From: a virus
Lineage: Duplodnaviria > Caudoviricetes
Virus record (IMG/VR): IMGVR_UViG_3300028048_000123
Span: 1 to 64,000 of that record
Direction: 5' to 3' (one strand)
Length of the DNA: 64,000 nucleotides
Shown here: positions 34,975 to 45,118 of the stretch, in pieces
Layout of the letters: every line of letters begins with the position of its first letter
Numbering within the stretch: the stretch's first letter is position 1
Notes under the pieces: model-generated
Told to the model about the DNA's origin: nothing
What the model saw: only the letters and a program-made list of their open reading frames with translations
Databases searched by the model: none
Position numbers and translations under genes: made by a program

Positions 34975-36165
34975 CTAATCCTCTACTGTTACCTTTTCTT
35001 TAGCTTTAGAAGGCTCAATAAGCTTTCTTACAGTTTCTATAATATCATTTAGCTCTTCATCTGAGCATTGAGATCTGCTTTTACAACTTCTTATAATTGT
35101 ATTATATGCATCTCTATATTCTTTTGAGTGCTCTACTTTTGTAAGCTTAGTTTTTGGCCTGTCTGGTGCATTTCCTTGTACTGTTTTAATAACTTGCGCT
35201 GCCCAGAACTTTTCTTCTGGTGTTAATACATCAAGCTCGCCCTTAATTCCAACACTTTCAAAAGCTTTTGATTTAACTATCTTATCAAGCAAGTCTTTTA
35301 ATTGTTCTGGCGAATAGTCTTTGATAGCTTCATAAGTTTGCTTTACTAAGTCTTGCCATCTTTTAGCTATACTACGAAATACTTTACTTTTAGCAATATA
35401 TTCGTCAATAGGTTTCCAGATTTGAGAAGGTGTATCTTTATCTTTATAGTATTTATATGCTTTAATACCACGATTGGTGATCATATCACCTGCTCTTGAT
35501 TTTGAGCCAGTGCTTGTATATAGTAGTTCGCCACTATCTATATCAGCTGAAATCTTATCGAGCTCAGCAGATAAAGCATCATACATATCTTCTAAAGGCA
35601 TCTTTTCTCAGTCGGTTCTATGGTCTTCAGTTATTAAGCCACCAATAAGCTTGCCATTTAAGTACATATTTCTGATAATCTTTTTGTCTTCAGTTGTATA
35701 CTTACGGTTTGAGATTTCAAAGTCAGCTATAACATTTAGCATATCAAAAAGAGATTGACTTGTTTTAATTCTTGAGTAAGGTTTTTCACCAATTCTCTTT
35801 GCCATACGAATTTGATGCATTAATAAAACATGGGCTAATTCGTGACGAATAATAACATTTAGCTGATAACATTTAGCATCATCAACTAAAAAGCCTTCAC
35901 CAATATAGATTACCCCATGGTCAAAATCAACAGCAGCTGTAAAACTGTCATCTTCCTTAATAGGAACTATTCTTAATATAAAATCTTGGAATCTTTTAGC
36001 ATATAAAGCATGTTGATAAGGACCCCATTTGCCAGATTTGTTAAGCAATATTGAAGTAATTTTATTTTTCCAATATTGCTCTCTATCTGTCATGTAGGTA
36101 GAATTTGTATCATTCTCTCAGTCTGTTACAGCCTCAAAAAGTTTTATGTCTCTATATAGCTTCAT
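34975..36165 (-). CDS. HExxH metallopeptidase-like protein (DUF2201 N-terminal type), 396 aa; 2 TGA-Trp
   Basis: FTAAVDF...IYIG...IIRHELAHVLLMH; SD AAGGAG before ATG 36165. Confidence 0.7.
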
Positions 36166-36178
36166 TTAAGCTTTCTCC

Positions 36179-37525
36179 TTATCTACCTACTCCGGCTAGA
36201 GAAGAAGCGAAATCTCTTAATCTAGCTTCAATAGTTGCATCTGATTCTTTAGCTTTCTTTACCTTCTCATCATCAGTAGTAGCTGCTCCACCCCAATCTG
36301 CATCATCTTCTCTACCTGTTTCAAAGTCTGCATCTGTGAAGGAATCTTCATCTTCAACCTCAACTGGTTTTGTAGCTCCAGCTTTAACATCAGCCTTTAA
36401 GTCTAAGCCCAATTCTTTAGCTTTATTAGCGCGAAGAACATCTGGGTTTGGTAATACTAGAGAATCAATAATCTTTAATAGCATTTTCTTAGCTGAAGCC
36501 GTTAAGTCGCCACTATTAACGTCATCCTTTAATCTTTCTAAATTACCTTTAGAGTGGTCTATTAATTCTGTAATTAAAGATTGGCAAGTAATTTGTCCTT
36601 TTTCTGTCATTCCTTCATACTCATCAATAGTTGTATAGTGGAAATCTGGGCTAATAATAATCTTCTTTCCAATTCATTGTCTTAAACAAAAGCTATTGAT
36701 ACGCTTAATATCATCTTCTGTCATATCTGGGTGCTTTGCAGCCCATTCTCTAATTTTATTATCATAATATTCTTTGAAGTATACTTCTGTTGTCTTTACT
36801 TCTGAGTTAAAAATACAGTGGAAATAGAAACGTCTCTTTTCAGCATCATTTAATTCTGAAGCACCTCTATCACCATCTTTAGCTGGGTTAACAGCAGCAA
36901 TAGAGAATAATAGATTAGGGAAGTATCTAACACCTTCTTCACCTTCACCAGCAACGCATCTGTCAGCAAGAAGTGTTAATAATGAACCTCTCATATATTC
37001 TTTTGTTTGTCTGTTTAACTCATCAAGGAATAAAATAGAGTTTGGTCTATCTAGCTTAGCCAAAGCATTTGAATAAGCTGTATTAACTTTTGGGTGCTCT
37101 GGATCTGTTCTATCAATAGCAGAAGCACCAGATGTTAATAATTGTAAGTCTGGGTTTTTAGCATCTAAGTAGTATAAATTACAACCATGTTGTCTACACC
37201 AGTTGTTAATTGTAGCTGTCTTAGAAGAACCTGGAAGACCAACAACTAATACATTACAATTTGAGTCATAATTTTCTTCAGCTAAAGCATCTTTAGCATC
37301 AGCAAGTGCTTTATCAAGTGTATTTGTTAATGCATTAGTAATATTAAGTGCATCTTTCTTTGTAGCTGGTGTAGCAGAAGCTGGGTCTGTAGATGTCATA
37401 GCAACATCTACTTCAACAGTTTTACCACTATCACTAACTTCAACAGCTGGATCCTCGCCCTCTGCTTCAACTAATACCTTATCCAAATTTTCTGTTATTT
37501 TCTTAGTAATCTTTTTAATTTTCAT
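36179..37525 (-). CDS. MoxR-like AAA+ ATPase, 448 aa; 1 TGA-Trp
   Basis: Walker A variant GLPGSSKT, Walker B LFLDELNR, sensor-1 AAVNP, KRRF; joined via TGA 36674. Confidence 0.8.
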
Positions 37526-37539
37526 AATCTATTTACCTC

Positions 37540-38631
37540 TTAGCAATCATATCTTTTATAGTCTTTATAAAATTCTTTTATATCAGTTATTTTGTTAGCT
37601 TCTGTAAGTTCATCCTCAGCTTCTTCTTGAAGTGGTTCTGCTTCTGTAGCTTTCATAGCCTCAAATACTTCTTCAAATAATTTTTCATTTAATTTTGTTG
37701 GCTTAACTAAAACTTCACCAAATTCGGTATTAACTCTAAAGTATCCACCAGGATTTGGTCTATAACCCATTATAGTAGCTGTTCCACCATACTTTTCAAA
37801 AGCGCCTGATGCTTTTAAGCTACTTTGTATACGTTCCATTTGAGATAAGTCTGTTGAATAAATCGTTAAGTCTGTATAGCCATTACCAGCACCAAATTTA
37901 ACTATTGGTAATCCATCGCTATTAACCTTAGCCTTTTCACCAGCATCTGGATTATTTACTGGGTGAATAAATGCATTTGGAACAATTGTTCCAGCCTTAG
38001 GACCAATAATAGCATAAACAGTGCCACCTGCTAATGTCTTTTCACCAGGTGCTCCAATCAAACCAACAACGTTAGCTGATTGTGGGCCAGCTGATTTGTA
38101 GCCACTCTTTGGTGCACCACCTGCAGCAGCTCCACTTGTTGAAGCGGCTCTTGTTCTAGCTACTCTTGAAGGCTGTGATGCAAAGCATTCTGCTTCATAA
38201 AGCATTTGAGCAAATACGCTATCTTCTCTTATAGCTTTTCTTTCTTCCTCTGTATAAGCTGTGTCATCTCAGTATATTCCATTTATACCACAACAGAAAG
38301 CAACAAACTTTGGTAAAGTCTTTGTATTTCTTGCTTGCCAATATGGTTTGTCAGCAGTAGGCGTCTCACCAAAAACGACAGAACGGCTATAAAGTGTATC
38401 AAATGCGCCATCTATTTCTTTAAAGTTAAATGTACGTCTGCAAACTGCATTAGCTATTGTTTTAGCGGCTTCTTTGCAGTATCTTGCAGCAGTTCCATCT
38501 GGACAAGCAAGTGATCTGCCTCAGCTGCAATACTCTTCAGAACGTGAATTAGTAACTACTCCTGCACAGATTAAAATATCTAAAAAACAAGAATAGGCTT
38601 TTTGTTTTTGTTCTTCAACAAATCTAATCAT
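37540..38631 (-). CDS. Hypothetical protein, 363 aa; 2 TGA-Trp
   Basis: ATG 38631 reads through two TGA codons into ORF 37540..38205. Confidence 0.7.
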
Positions 38632-38688
38632 TATGTATAAAATCCTTTATATTATATTGATTTAGTAAAATAAAACTGCCAAATCAAT

Positions 38689-38698
38689 TAATTTAGCA
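38689..38698 (-). promoter_or_regulatory. Candidate late promoter (MoxR-vWA operon)
   Basis: TGCTAAATTA inside the inverted repeat 38671-38703. Confidence 0.65.
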
Positions 38699-38719
38699 GT
38701 TTTTTATCTTTGAATTTTG

Positions 38720-40564
38720 TTATTTTACATTTAACAAGCCATTACATTTTGGGTAGTTAGAACAGCCATAGAAGTTCTTGCCGTATTTGCTTCTTCGCAG
38801 TACCATTTTAGCTCCACATTTTGGACAAATAGGTGCATCTTCATCACTTTGACCTATAAGCTCTTTATTGTTTTTAATAGTATTCTCTAAGTTGTTATAG
38901 AAGTTATTTAAGAAGTCAAGCTTTTTCATTTTTCCTTCAGCTATCTTATCTAAGTCAGCTTCCATATCCTTTGTATAATTTAAGTTAATTACATTAGAGA
39001 AATTTCTATCTAAGAATTCAACAAGCTGTATTCCTCTATCTGTTGGCACAATAGCTTTATCTTTAAGCTCAGCATAACCTCTTGAAGCACTTAACACAGT
39101 TTCAACTATTGTAGCATAGGTAGATGGTCTTCCGCAGCCATTCTTTTGAAGCTCTTTAATTAGCGTTGCTTCTGAAAATCTTGGTTTTGGCTTTGTTTGT
39201 TTTTTGACGTCTTCTAAGCTTGTATCTTGAAGCTTTTCACCCTTCTTAAAGGTTTCTTTAACCGGCCCTTCTTCTTTACTGTCCTCATCTTGATATGAAT
39301 ATACCTTTCTATAGCCTAAGTCTTGTATTTCATTTGAGATTAAAATAAACTTTTCACCTGTATTATCAATTAAATATTGTGTTTCAGCTATCTTGGCGTT
39401 AGGAAGAGCTGATGCTACAGTACGTTGCCAAATAAGCTTGTACACTTTTTGATTTAATTGGCTTGAGTCTTTTGCAGCAAATACTTCTGGTGTTAATTCT
39501 GGGTTTGTAATTCTTAAACATTCATGGCCTTCTTGAGCATTTTCTTGCTTTTTGCCAACACGTGGTGTGGTCCAAGAAGCTTTACCATAATTATTTTCAA
39601 TATAGCTTTGTAAAGTTGGAATAAATTCTGCTGCAAATTCTGTATCATCTGTACGCATATAAGTTATCGCGCCTGCTTCAAATAACTTTTGAGCAATAGT
39701 CATAGCATCTTTAACTTTTAAGCCAAGTTTACTTGAGGCTTCTTGCTGGAATGTTGCAGTACAGAAAGGTGGCTTTGGTGACTCTTCCTTAACCCTACTT
39801 TTAATATCTTCAATTAAATAGTCTTTTTTACAATTAGCTTTTAATTGGTCTACAGCAGCTTGTGTAGTTAAGTGGTCTATATTTCCAACTGTTTCATTAC
39901 CAGCATATTTAGCCTTAAATTCAGTACCATTTTTCTTAAAATGTAAATAAACATCAAAATATGTTTCGGGCTTGAAGTTTTGTATTTCTTTTTCTCTATC
40001 TACAACTAGTTTTAAGCCCACTGACTGACATCTACCAACTGATCTTGCTCCAATATATCTCTTTGCAATTGGGCTGGCAACAAATCCAAGCATTTTATCT
40101 AATGTTAATCTAGCCAAACCAGCATCAACTAAAGCATCATTAATATCAATAGGGTTTTCAATGGCTTTAACAACAGCTTTTGGTGTAATTTCGTGTGTAA
40201 CAGCTCTTCTAATTTTATTTTTTGGAAGTTTTAAAAATTTAACTAAACTCCAAGATATAACTTCACCTTCACGGTCAGGGTCTGACATTAAATAAACCAA
40301 GTCTGCTTGTTTTGCTTGTATTTTTAGCTGTTCGACAACTTTATGCTTATCTTCAGAAACCTGTAAATTTAATTCAAAATTATTGGTAGGCTCTATACCA
40401 GAATTATAATAAGTACCACCATTAGCTAATTCCATAATATGGCCAATAGATGCTACTACATTAATATTATAGCCTGCTTTTTTAAGATATTCTTTAATAT
40501 GTGCTGTCTTATTAGGGCTTTCACAAATTACAAGTATCTTCTTATCCTTTAGTGTGTCTATCAT
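38720..40564 (-). CDS. topA: DNA topoisomerase I (type IA) with C-terminal zinc ribbon
   Basis: Toprim ICESPNK, DPDREGE, active site ITYMRTD, GRPSTYA, CPKC...CSNYPKC. Confidence 0.95.
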   Translation of the reverse strand: MIDTLKDKKILVICESPNKTAHIKEYLKKAGYNINVVASIGHIMELANGGTYYNSGIEPTNNFELNLQVSEDKHKVVEQLKIQAKQADLVYLMSDPDREGEVISWSLVKFLKLPKNKIRRAVTHEITPKAVVKAIENPIDINDALVDAGLARLTLDKMLGFVASPIAKRYIGARSVGRCQSVGLKLVVDREKEIQNFKPETYFDVYLHFKKNGTEFKAKYAGNETVGNIDHLTTQAAVDQLKANCKKDYLIEDIKSRVKEESPKPPFCTATFQQEASSKLGLKVKDAMTIAQKLFEAGAITYMRTDDTEFAAEFIPTLQSYIENNYGKASWTTPRVGKKQENAQEGHECLRITNPELTPEVFAAKDSSQLNQKVYKLIWQRTVASALPNAKIAETQYLIDNTGEKFILISNEIQDLGYRKVYSYQDEDSKEEGPVKETFKKGEKLQDTSLEDVKKQTKPKPRFSEATLIKELQKNGCGRPSTYATIVETVLSASRGYAELKDKAIVPTDRGIQLVEFLDRNFSNVINLNYTKDMEADLDKIAEGKMKKLDFLNNFYNNLENTIKNNKELIGQSDEDAPICPKCGAKMVLRRSKYGKNFYGCSNYPKCNGLLNVK

Positions 40565-40566
40565 TT

Positions 40567-41361
40567 TTAATCCTCTTTCTTATATTCCCATTTATATCCA
40601 CCAGCATTTTTTCGCTGGCCTTTACATACTCTACAAATATTGCCTACCTTTATATTTAATTCACTGGCAGCTTCAGAAAGGCTATTCCATTCTTTTATAA
40701 TAGCACCAGTAGCTATGTCTATTTGATTTATATGTATATTTCCTAATGTACCATTTTTAATTTTAGTTTCTAATGCTTTTGTATAGCTTTCTGGTAGCAT
40801 TTTTTGCAAAGCTCTTCTTTCTCTTATTTTTTGTCTTGTAGCTTCATCTCTATGTTTTCCTAACCAGTAGCGTCTTGGGTTTTTTAAATTATCTTGTCTT
40901 ATTTTTTCTTTTGTTTTAGCTGAATGATGTTTTCCTTTCATTGCAGATGGTTTACCATTTGGAAAAACTTCTTTAAGCCGCTGTTTAATTTTTGCTTTTG
41001 TTTCAGATGAATGCTTATAGCCAATTGATCCTTCACCACCTTTTGTTAAGTTATATCCAGCAGGTACATTATCATAAATATAAGTATGATAATAAGCTAT
41101 CCAGTATTTTTCTCTTTCATTGGCTTTTTCTATTGTTTCAATATTATCTTCTAATATTTCATGAGCCCAAGCTGTATCCCAGTTCTCTAAACCATGTTTT
41201 TTAATAGCCCTTGCAAATAAAGTATCTTCAGTTAAATAGCCTTTACCATCTTTCCATCTTTTATTTGGCTCATTAGCACAGGTTTGCCCGATATAGCTCC
41301 AGCCTTTATGGTCACAATCTATAATTAATGTATGTTTATAAATAATCCAACTCATAATCAT
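40567..41361 (-). CDS. GIY-YIG homing endonuclease with NUMOD3/NUMOD1-type domains
   Basis: IIYK...SYIGQT, EKYWI, GYNLTKGGEG, HSSETKAK, AGGYKW. Confidence 0.85.
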   Translation of the reverse strand: MIMSWIIYKHTLIIDCDHKGWSYIGQTCANEPNKRWKDGKGYLTEDTLFARAIKKHGLENWDTAWAHEILEDNIETIEKANEREKYWIAYYHTYIYDNVPAGYNLTKGGEGSIGYKHSSETKAKIKQRLKEVFPNGKPSAMKGKHHSAKTKEKIRQDNLKNPRRYWLGKHRDEATRQKIRERRALQKMLPESYTKALETKIKNGTLGNIHINQIDIATGAIIKEWNSLSEAASELNIKVGNICRVCKGQRKNAGGYKWEYKKED

Positions 41362-41372
41362 TTGCCTCTTAA

Positions 41373-41382
41373 TAATTTAGCA
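41373..41382 (-). promoter_or_regulatory. Candidate late promoter (GIY-YIG endonuclease)
   Basis: TGCTAAATTA just before the SD. Confidence 0.6.
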
Positions 41383-41400
41383 AATATTTTTTAATAGTTT

Positions 41401-41562
41401 TTAATATTTTTTAACATTATTTAATAAAGCATAGACTGATTCAGCATTATATCGGTACTGGCCATTGATACATGAATCAACTTTAATTAGCCCTTGCTTT
41501 ACATATTTGCATAAAGTTGGTCTTGTTATTTGCAATATTTGTAATACTTCTTTTGCTTTCAT
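41401..41562 (-). CDS. MerR/excisionase-like HTH protein, 53 aa (IS607 TnpA N-terminal type)
   Basis: MKAKEVLQILQITRPTLCKYVKQGLIKV...NGQYRYNAESVY; not in the ORF track. Confidence 0.65.
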   Translation of the reverse strand: MKAKEVLQILQITRPTLCKYVKQGLIKVDSCINGQYRYNAESVYALLNNVKKY

Positions 41563-41708
41563 TATCTATCCTTAGCCTCCACATTAAGCTTTTTTTCAAG
41601 AATCTCACGTATTAAAGCTGACACAGATTTCTTTTCATTAAAGGCTGCTAAGCGAAGTGCTTCTTTAAGCTCCTCAGAGGCCTCAAAACTGATTATTATT
41701 TTATCCAT
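41562..41708 (-). CDS. Ribbon-helix-helix DNA-binding protein, 48 aa
   Basis: MDKIIISFEASEELKEALRLAAFNEKKSVSALIREIL; TAATG coupling to the next gene. Confidence 0.65.
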   Translation of the reverse strand: MDKIIISFEASEELKEALRLAAFNEKKSVSALIREILEKKLNVEAKDR

Positions 41709-41724
41709 AAGCTAAATCCTCAAA

Positions 41725-41937
41725 TTACTTTCTATTTTGCCATATAAACGAAACTACACAATCGCCAACAGCTACAACTCTACCATAGAAATCAGTAGTA
41801 TGATTATATTTCTTTCTATAATAGCCTAAGATTTGCCTTGTATCTGCATCTCTAGCTATCTTATCACCATTGGCATCAGTCTCAATGATGCCTATAACTA
41901 GTCTTGTATTTGCATCTCTAATATATTCTTCTGTCAT
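41725..41937 (-). CDS. Hypothetical protein, 70 aa
   Basis: Intact ORF. Confidence 0.65.
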   Translation of the reverse strand: MTEEYIRDANTRLVIGIIETDANGDKIARDADTRQILGYYRKKYNHTTDFYGRVVAVGDCVVSFIWQNRK

Positions 41938-41939
41938 AA

Positions 41940-42785
41940 TTATCTGCCCTTCCTATTTAAGAATTGTTTTCTATTTGCATTTAAATAAGCATTAGAAGCT
42001 GTAACTGAGCTTGCTGCTACTCTTGCTGCTGTTTGCTTTTGAACTTTAGCTCTTCTATCTAGCTCATCATTAACTATTTCAATGTCTCCATTCAAAGCTT
42101 TCTCAGTAAAGATGAATTGCTTATATCTCTTTGTTAACTCTTCATCTTGCAAGATAATGCTCTCTACATTTTCATATACTGCTTTATTATATCTGCTATA
42201 TAAATCTAAAATTTCTTTTAGGTCTTCTTGATTTAAGTCAGCAAAAGAGCCATCTTTTTCAATATCTGAAACTAAGCCATATGCTACTGGCATGTTGCCA
42301 ATTTTCTTGAAATTATCTACAATAACTTCTGGAAGATTTTGCAAGTTATAAGCGCAAGCTAAAGTCCCTTGTAAGATCTGTGTTAGTTGGTCAAAGATTC
42401 TTGCGGCAGCTCCTAGTAGCTTATTATCTTCATATTTTAATTCTTCTGTGTAGTAAACAATAGTTAGGTCTTCTGGTCTTCCAATTAAGATTTCCTTTCC
42501 TGGTAAACTTAAGCATGTTTCTGGTTTTATAGCTCCACCTTGTTTTTTCTTAATAATTGGATTAATAAATACCTTAATGCTGTCATTGAACTTAATAGCT
42601 ATAATTTGCTTATTAATGCCAATTTGTGGTGCTGCTAAACCTAAAGCTTTATCATTGCCAATCAATGCTTCTTTAACCTTTTCAACATCTGCTTTGATTG
42701 CTTCCCTTTCCTCATCTGTGCAACCTACAGCTTTAACTGTCTCAGCTACACCTTCAATCTTGTCTAATTCTAAAATATCTGTCAT
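41940..42785 (-). CDS. Peptide deformylase homologue lacking the HExxH metal site, 281 aa
   Basis: LGLAAPQIG, VFINP and ETCLSLPG are present; QHEIDHLNG is replaced by DQLTQILQG. Confidence 0.75.
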   Translation of the reverse strand: MTDILELDKIEGVAETVKAVGCTDEEREAIKADVEKVKEALIGNDKALGLAAPQIGINKQIIAIKFNDSIKVFINPIIKKKQGGAIKPETCLSLPGKEILIGRPEDLTIVYYTEELKYEDNKLLGAAARIFDQLTQILQGTLACAYNLQNLPEVIVDNFKKIGNMPVAYGLVSDIEKDGSFADLNQEDLKEILDLYSRYNKAVYENVESIILQDEELTKRYKQFIFTEKALNGDIEIVNDELDRRAKVQKQTAARVAASSVTASNAYLNANRKQFLNRKGR

Positions 42786-42820
42786 ATATACTCCTTTGTC
42801 TGAAATATGCTTACATTATA

Positions 42821-42829
42821 ATTATACAA
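42821..42829 (-). promoter_or_regulatory. Sigma70-like -10 element before the PDF homologue
   Basis: TTGTATAAT, intergenic. Confidence 0.55.
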
Positions 42830-42886
42830 TATATTTTTTAATATTTAATAATTTAATAATTTAATAATTCATTAAATTTTAGCTAA

Positions 42887-42918
42887 TAAAAAAGTCAATA
42901 ATTTTATTTATTGACTCT
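42887..42918 (-). terminator. Intrinsic terminator
   Basis: agtcaata/tattgact stem plus U-tract. Confidence 0.6.
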
Positions 42919-42925
42919 TAACTTA

Positions 42926-43312
42926 TTATTGCTTATCTTCTTTTAGCTTTTTGAGCTCTTGTCGTAAATGGTCTAAAACGCTCTTGTTTTCATCTACAAC
43001 ATCAGCCTCAAGTACACCTTTTTCCTCTAAATTTTTGAATAGCTCTTTATTAGCCTTCTTAAAGCTTGGCTCTTTCTTGTTATTGCCAGGCAACTCCCAC
43101 AAGTACATAATATATTGTAATCTGCCTAAGTTTTCTTCCATCAGAGCTGTGTCATCTTTTACAGCTTCTAACTTATCTTCTGTAATGTGTCCATCTTTTA
43201 AAGCTTGTTCAAAATCGGCTAAATCTGCTTTTGCTTCCATAAATTGGTTTAGCATTGTATAGTAATATTGTTTAACGTGTTTTAATGCCATCTTATTAAT
43301 CCTTTTTTGCAA
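42926..43312 (-). CDS. Hypothetical protein, about 128 aa
   Basis: Intact ORF. Confidence 0.65.
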   Translation of the reverse strand: MQKRINKMALKHVKQYYYTMLNQFMEAKADLADFEQALKDGHITEDKLEAVKDDTALMEENLGRLQYIMYLWELPGNNKKEPSFKKANKELFKNLEEKGVLEADVVDENKSVLDHLRQELKKLKEDKQ

Positions 43313-43673
43313 ATATTTTAATTAGATCAGGCAAGTTCTCAATCACTTCTTCAAATTGTATTTCTTCTACATTTTCGAGTCTTGCCATTCTTCTTGTAAT
43401 GTGGGTAAAATTAGTAATTTCTCTTTCAATTTTAGCTTGATTAAATTTTACTTTTTTTACCTCAAATGAAAACTCTTCTCCATCACAATTATTATCTAAA
43501 CCCAAATAAAGTGGCCCAATTGTGAATAATCTTGAAAAGCCCATATCTGTAATGTTAACTAAGTAGTAAGAAGCTCCATCTGAATAATCACTTTGAATAG
43601 CAAAATTTCCCATTTGCTCAACTAAGAAAGTTTTTTCAAATGTTACTGTACCACAATATTCAAATTCGTACAT
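43296..43673 (-). CDS. Hypothetical protein, 125 aa
   Basis: Intact coupled ORF. Confidence 0.65.
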   Translation of the reverse strand: MYEFEYCGTVTFEKTFLVEQMGNFAIQSDYSDGASYYLVNITDMGFSRLFTIGPLYLGLDNNCDGEEFSFEVKKVKFNQAKIEREITNFTHITRRMARLENVEEIQFEEVIENLPDLIKIFAKKD

Positions 43674-43996
43674 TAATTGTTAGCTCCTAAGATATTTTCA
43701 CCAATTTTTAGATAATACTTATCATTATCAAAGTCAGCTATTAAAAATAAGTTATAAGTAATATTATCGTCTTCTATCTCAAAGTAATGTGTCATTTTGA
43801 CAGTATTTTTACTTGAGTTTTGACCAATATTTGGAAACTCTGTGTTAATAGCATTTTTTTCAAGCTTAGTATACATTTTAGCATATTCATCACTATTTTC
43901 TATATTAATAATATAAAAATGGTCCTTATATGTTCCTGTATCTTTAAGCTCTAACTTTTTTAATACATTTCTAATATCACTAGTCATCTTCTTCAT
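43673..43996 (-). CDS. Hypothetical protein, 107 aa
   Basis: Intact coupled ORF. Confidence 0.65.
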   Translation of the reverse strand: MKKMTSDIRNVLKKLELKDTGTYKDHFYIINIENSDEYAKMYTKLEKNAINTEFPNIGQNSSKNTVKMTHYFEIEDDNITYNLFLIADFDNDKYYLKIGENILGANN

Positions 43997-44561
43997 CTTC
44001 CTTAGCTATAATTACATCACCATCTACTACAGTTTCTTCAGTTTGCTGTTGTGGTGTTACGCCAAATTGCTTTAGAATATCACTAACAGCATTTTGTATC
44101 TTATTTCTTGATTCTTTAGTAAAGCTCTTACCTTCTGTATTAACTGTATTAGTTTGTTGGTTAATTTGAATAAGTGGTGCTGTATCAGTAATTCCTGCGG
44201 CTTGCTTTTGACCTTTTTCCATAAGCTCTTGTGTTATCTTCATCATATTAAATAGCTCAGTAGAAGTAATTTCATCAGGTCTATTATTAACTCTGTTCAT
44301 TGCTTCACCTGTTAAGCTATCCATAAGCTCATTAAGCTTATTATTACGTGCTAATGTTTTCTTGTTTTGATTGACATTAAATAGATAAGTCAAATCTTTA
44401 ACCTTATCCATATCATTCTCAGCAATAAGCTCATTGATAAGTTTTACTGATTCCTTATCAAGGGCTTTAACATTAACTGGGTCAATAGCTAAAGCAGTCT
44501 CTTTATCCTCTTGGACTGCTAAATCGGTAATTTGGTTATTTTCTTTCTTTATATCTTCCAT
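43980..44561 (-). CDS. Hypothetical helical protein, 193 aa
   Basis: Intact ORF; a small-terminase-like role is only a weak guess. Confidence 0.65.
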   Translation of the reverse strand: MEDIKKENNQITDLAVQEDKETALAIDPVNVKALDKESVKLINELIAENDMDKVKDLTYLFNVNQNKKTLARNNKLNELMDSLTGEAMNRVNNRPDEITSTELFNMMKITQELMEKGQKQAAGITDTAPLIQINQQTNTVNTEGKSFTKESRNKIQNAVSDILKQFGVTPQQQTEETVVDGDVIIAKEDEEDD

Positions 44562-44564
44562 TTA

Positions 44565-44894
44565 TTATAGGGCCTCTTCACAAGCTGCAATTAACTTTTG
44601 TGCAACGGCTTCTTCGATAACTAATTCTAATGGATCAATTGTGCTTGTTAATGACCTCTTAATAGCTGTCTTTAGGCTCTTGCTTGGTAAAAACTTACAT
44701 TGCATATCGGCTAAGTTAACACTTAAAGCTCCGATTCCAATGTTAATTACAACATTTTCTTCCTTTTGCATTTTAGCATCATAAATAATGCTACCAATAC
44801 ATAAATTTAGCTTATCTATTAGCTCCTCTAATGCCTTATTTGGAATTTTTAATAGTGTTCCTACGTCATTTACTACATTTAGTTGTGCTGCCAT
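44565..44894 (-). CDS. Possible HU/IHF-like protein without beta arms, 109 aa
   Basis: NVVINIGIGALSV...KFLPSKSLKTAI resembles HU VxLxGFGxF...FKPGKxLKxAV. Confidence 0.35.
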   Translation of the reverse strand: MAAQLNVVNDVGTLLKIPNKALEELIDKLNLCIGSIIYDAKMQKEENVVINIGIGALSVNLADMQCKFLPSKSLKTAIKRSLTSTIDPLELVIEEAVAQKLIAACEEAL

Positions 44895-44908
44895 ACTGTT
44901 ATTTCTCC

Positions 44909-45118
44909 TTATTTCATCTTCTTCATTACTGACATTAAGTTTGCATTTTCCAAAGCATTTAAACTCTTATCCATTTCTTCAATATAATTATTTAATGAGT
45001 TTTTTAGCTTAAAATTTATACAACTTGTCATTATTGCTGTTCTTGAATACTTATTGCTAAATATTCCATTTATAAACTTTAATCTTGTTTCAAATGTTCT
45101 TTGTTCTTTATTTTCCAT
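44909..45118 (-). CDS. Hypothetical protein, 69 aa
   Basis: Short intact coupled ORF. Confidence 0.55.
   Translation of the reverse strand: MENKEQRTFETRLKFINGIFSNKYSRTAIMTSCINFKLKNSLNNYIEEMDKSLNALENANLMSVMKKMK

Noticed and set aside
8221-38631. TGA-split genes as pseudogenes
   Set aside because: Essential genes (terminase, portal) are affected, only TGA interrupts them, frames are preserved, and TGA sits at conserved Trp positions.
42843-42870. Short aataattt tandem repeat
   Set aside because: Three low-complexity AT units in an intergenic region with no supportable function.
43980-44561. Small terminase assignment
   Set aside because: Only a vague helical and Asn/Gln-rich resemblance, and it is far from the large terminase; left as hypothetical.
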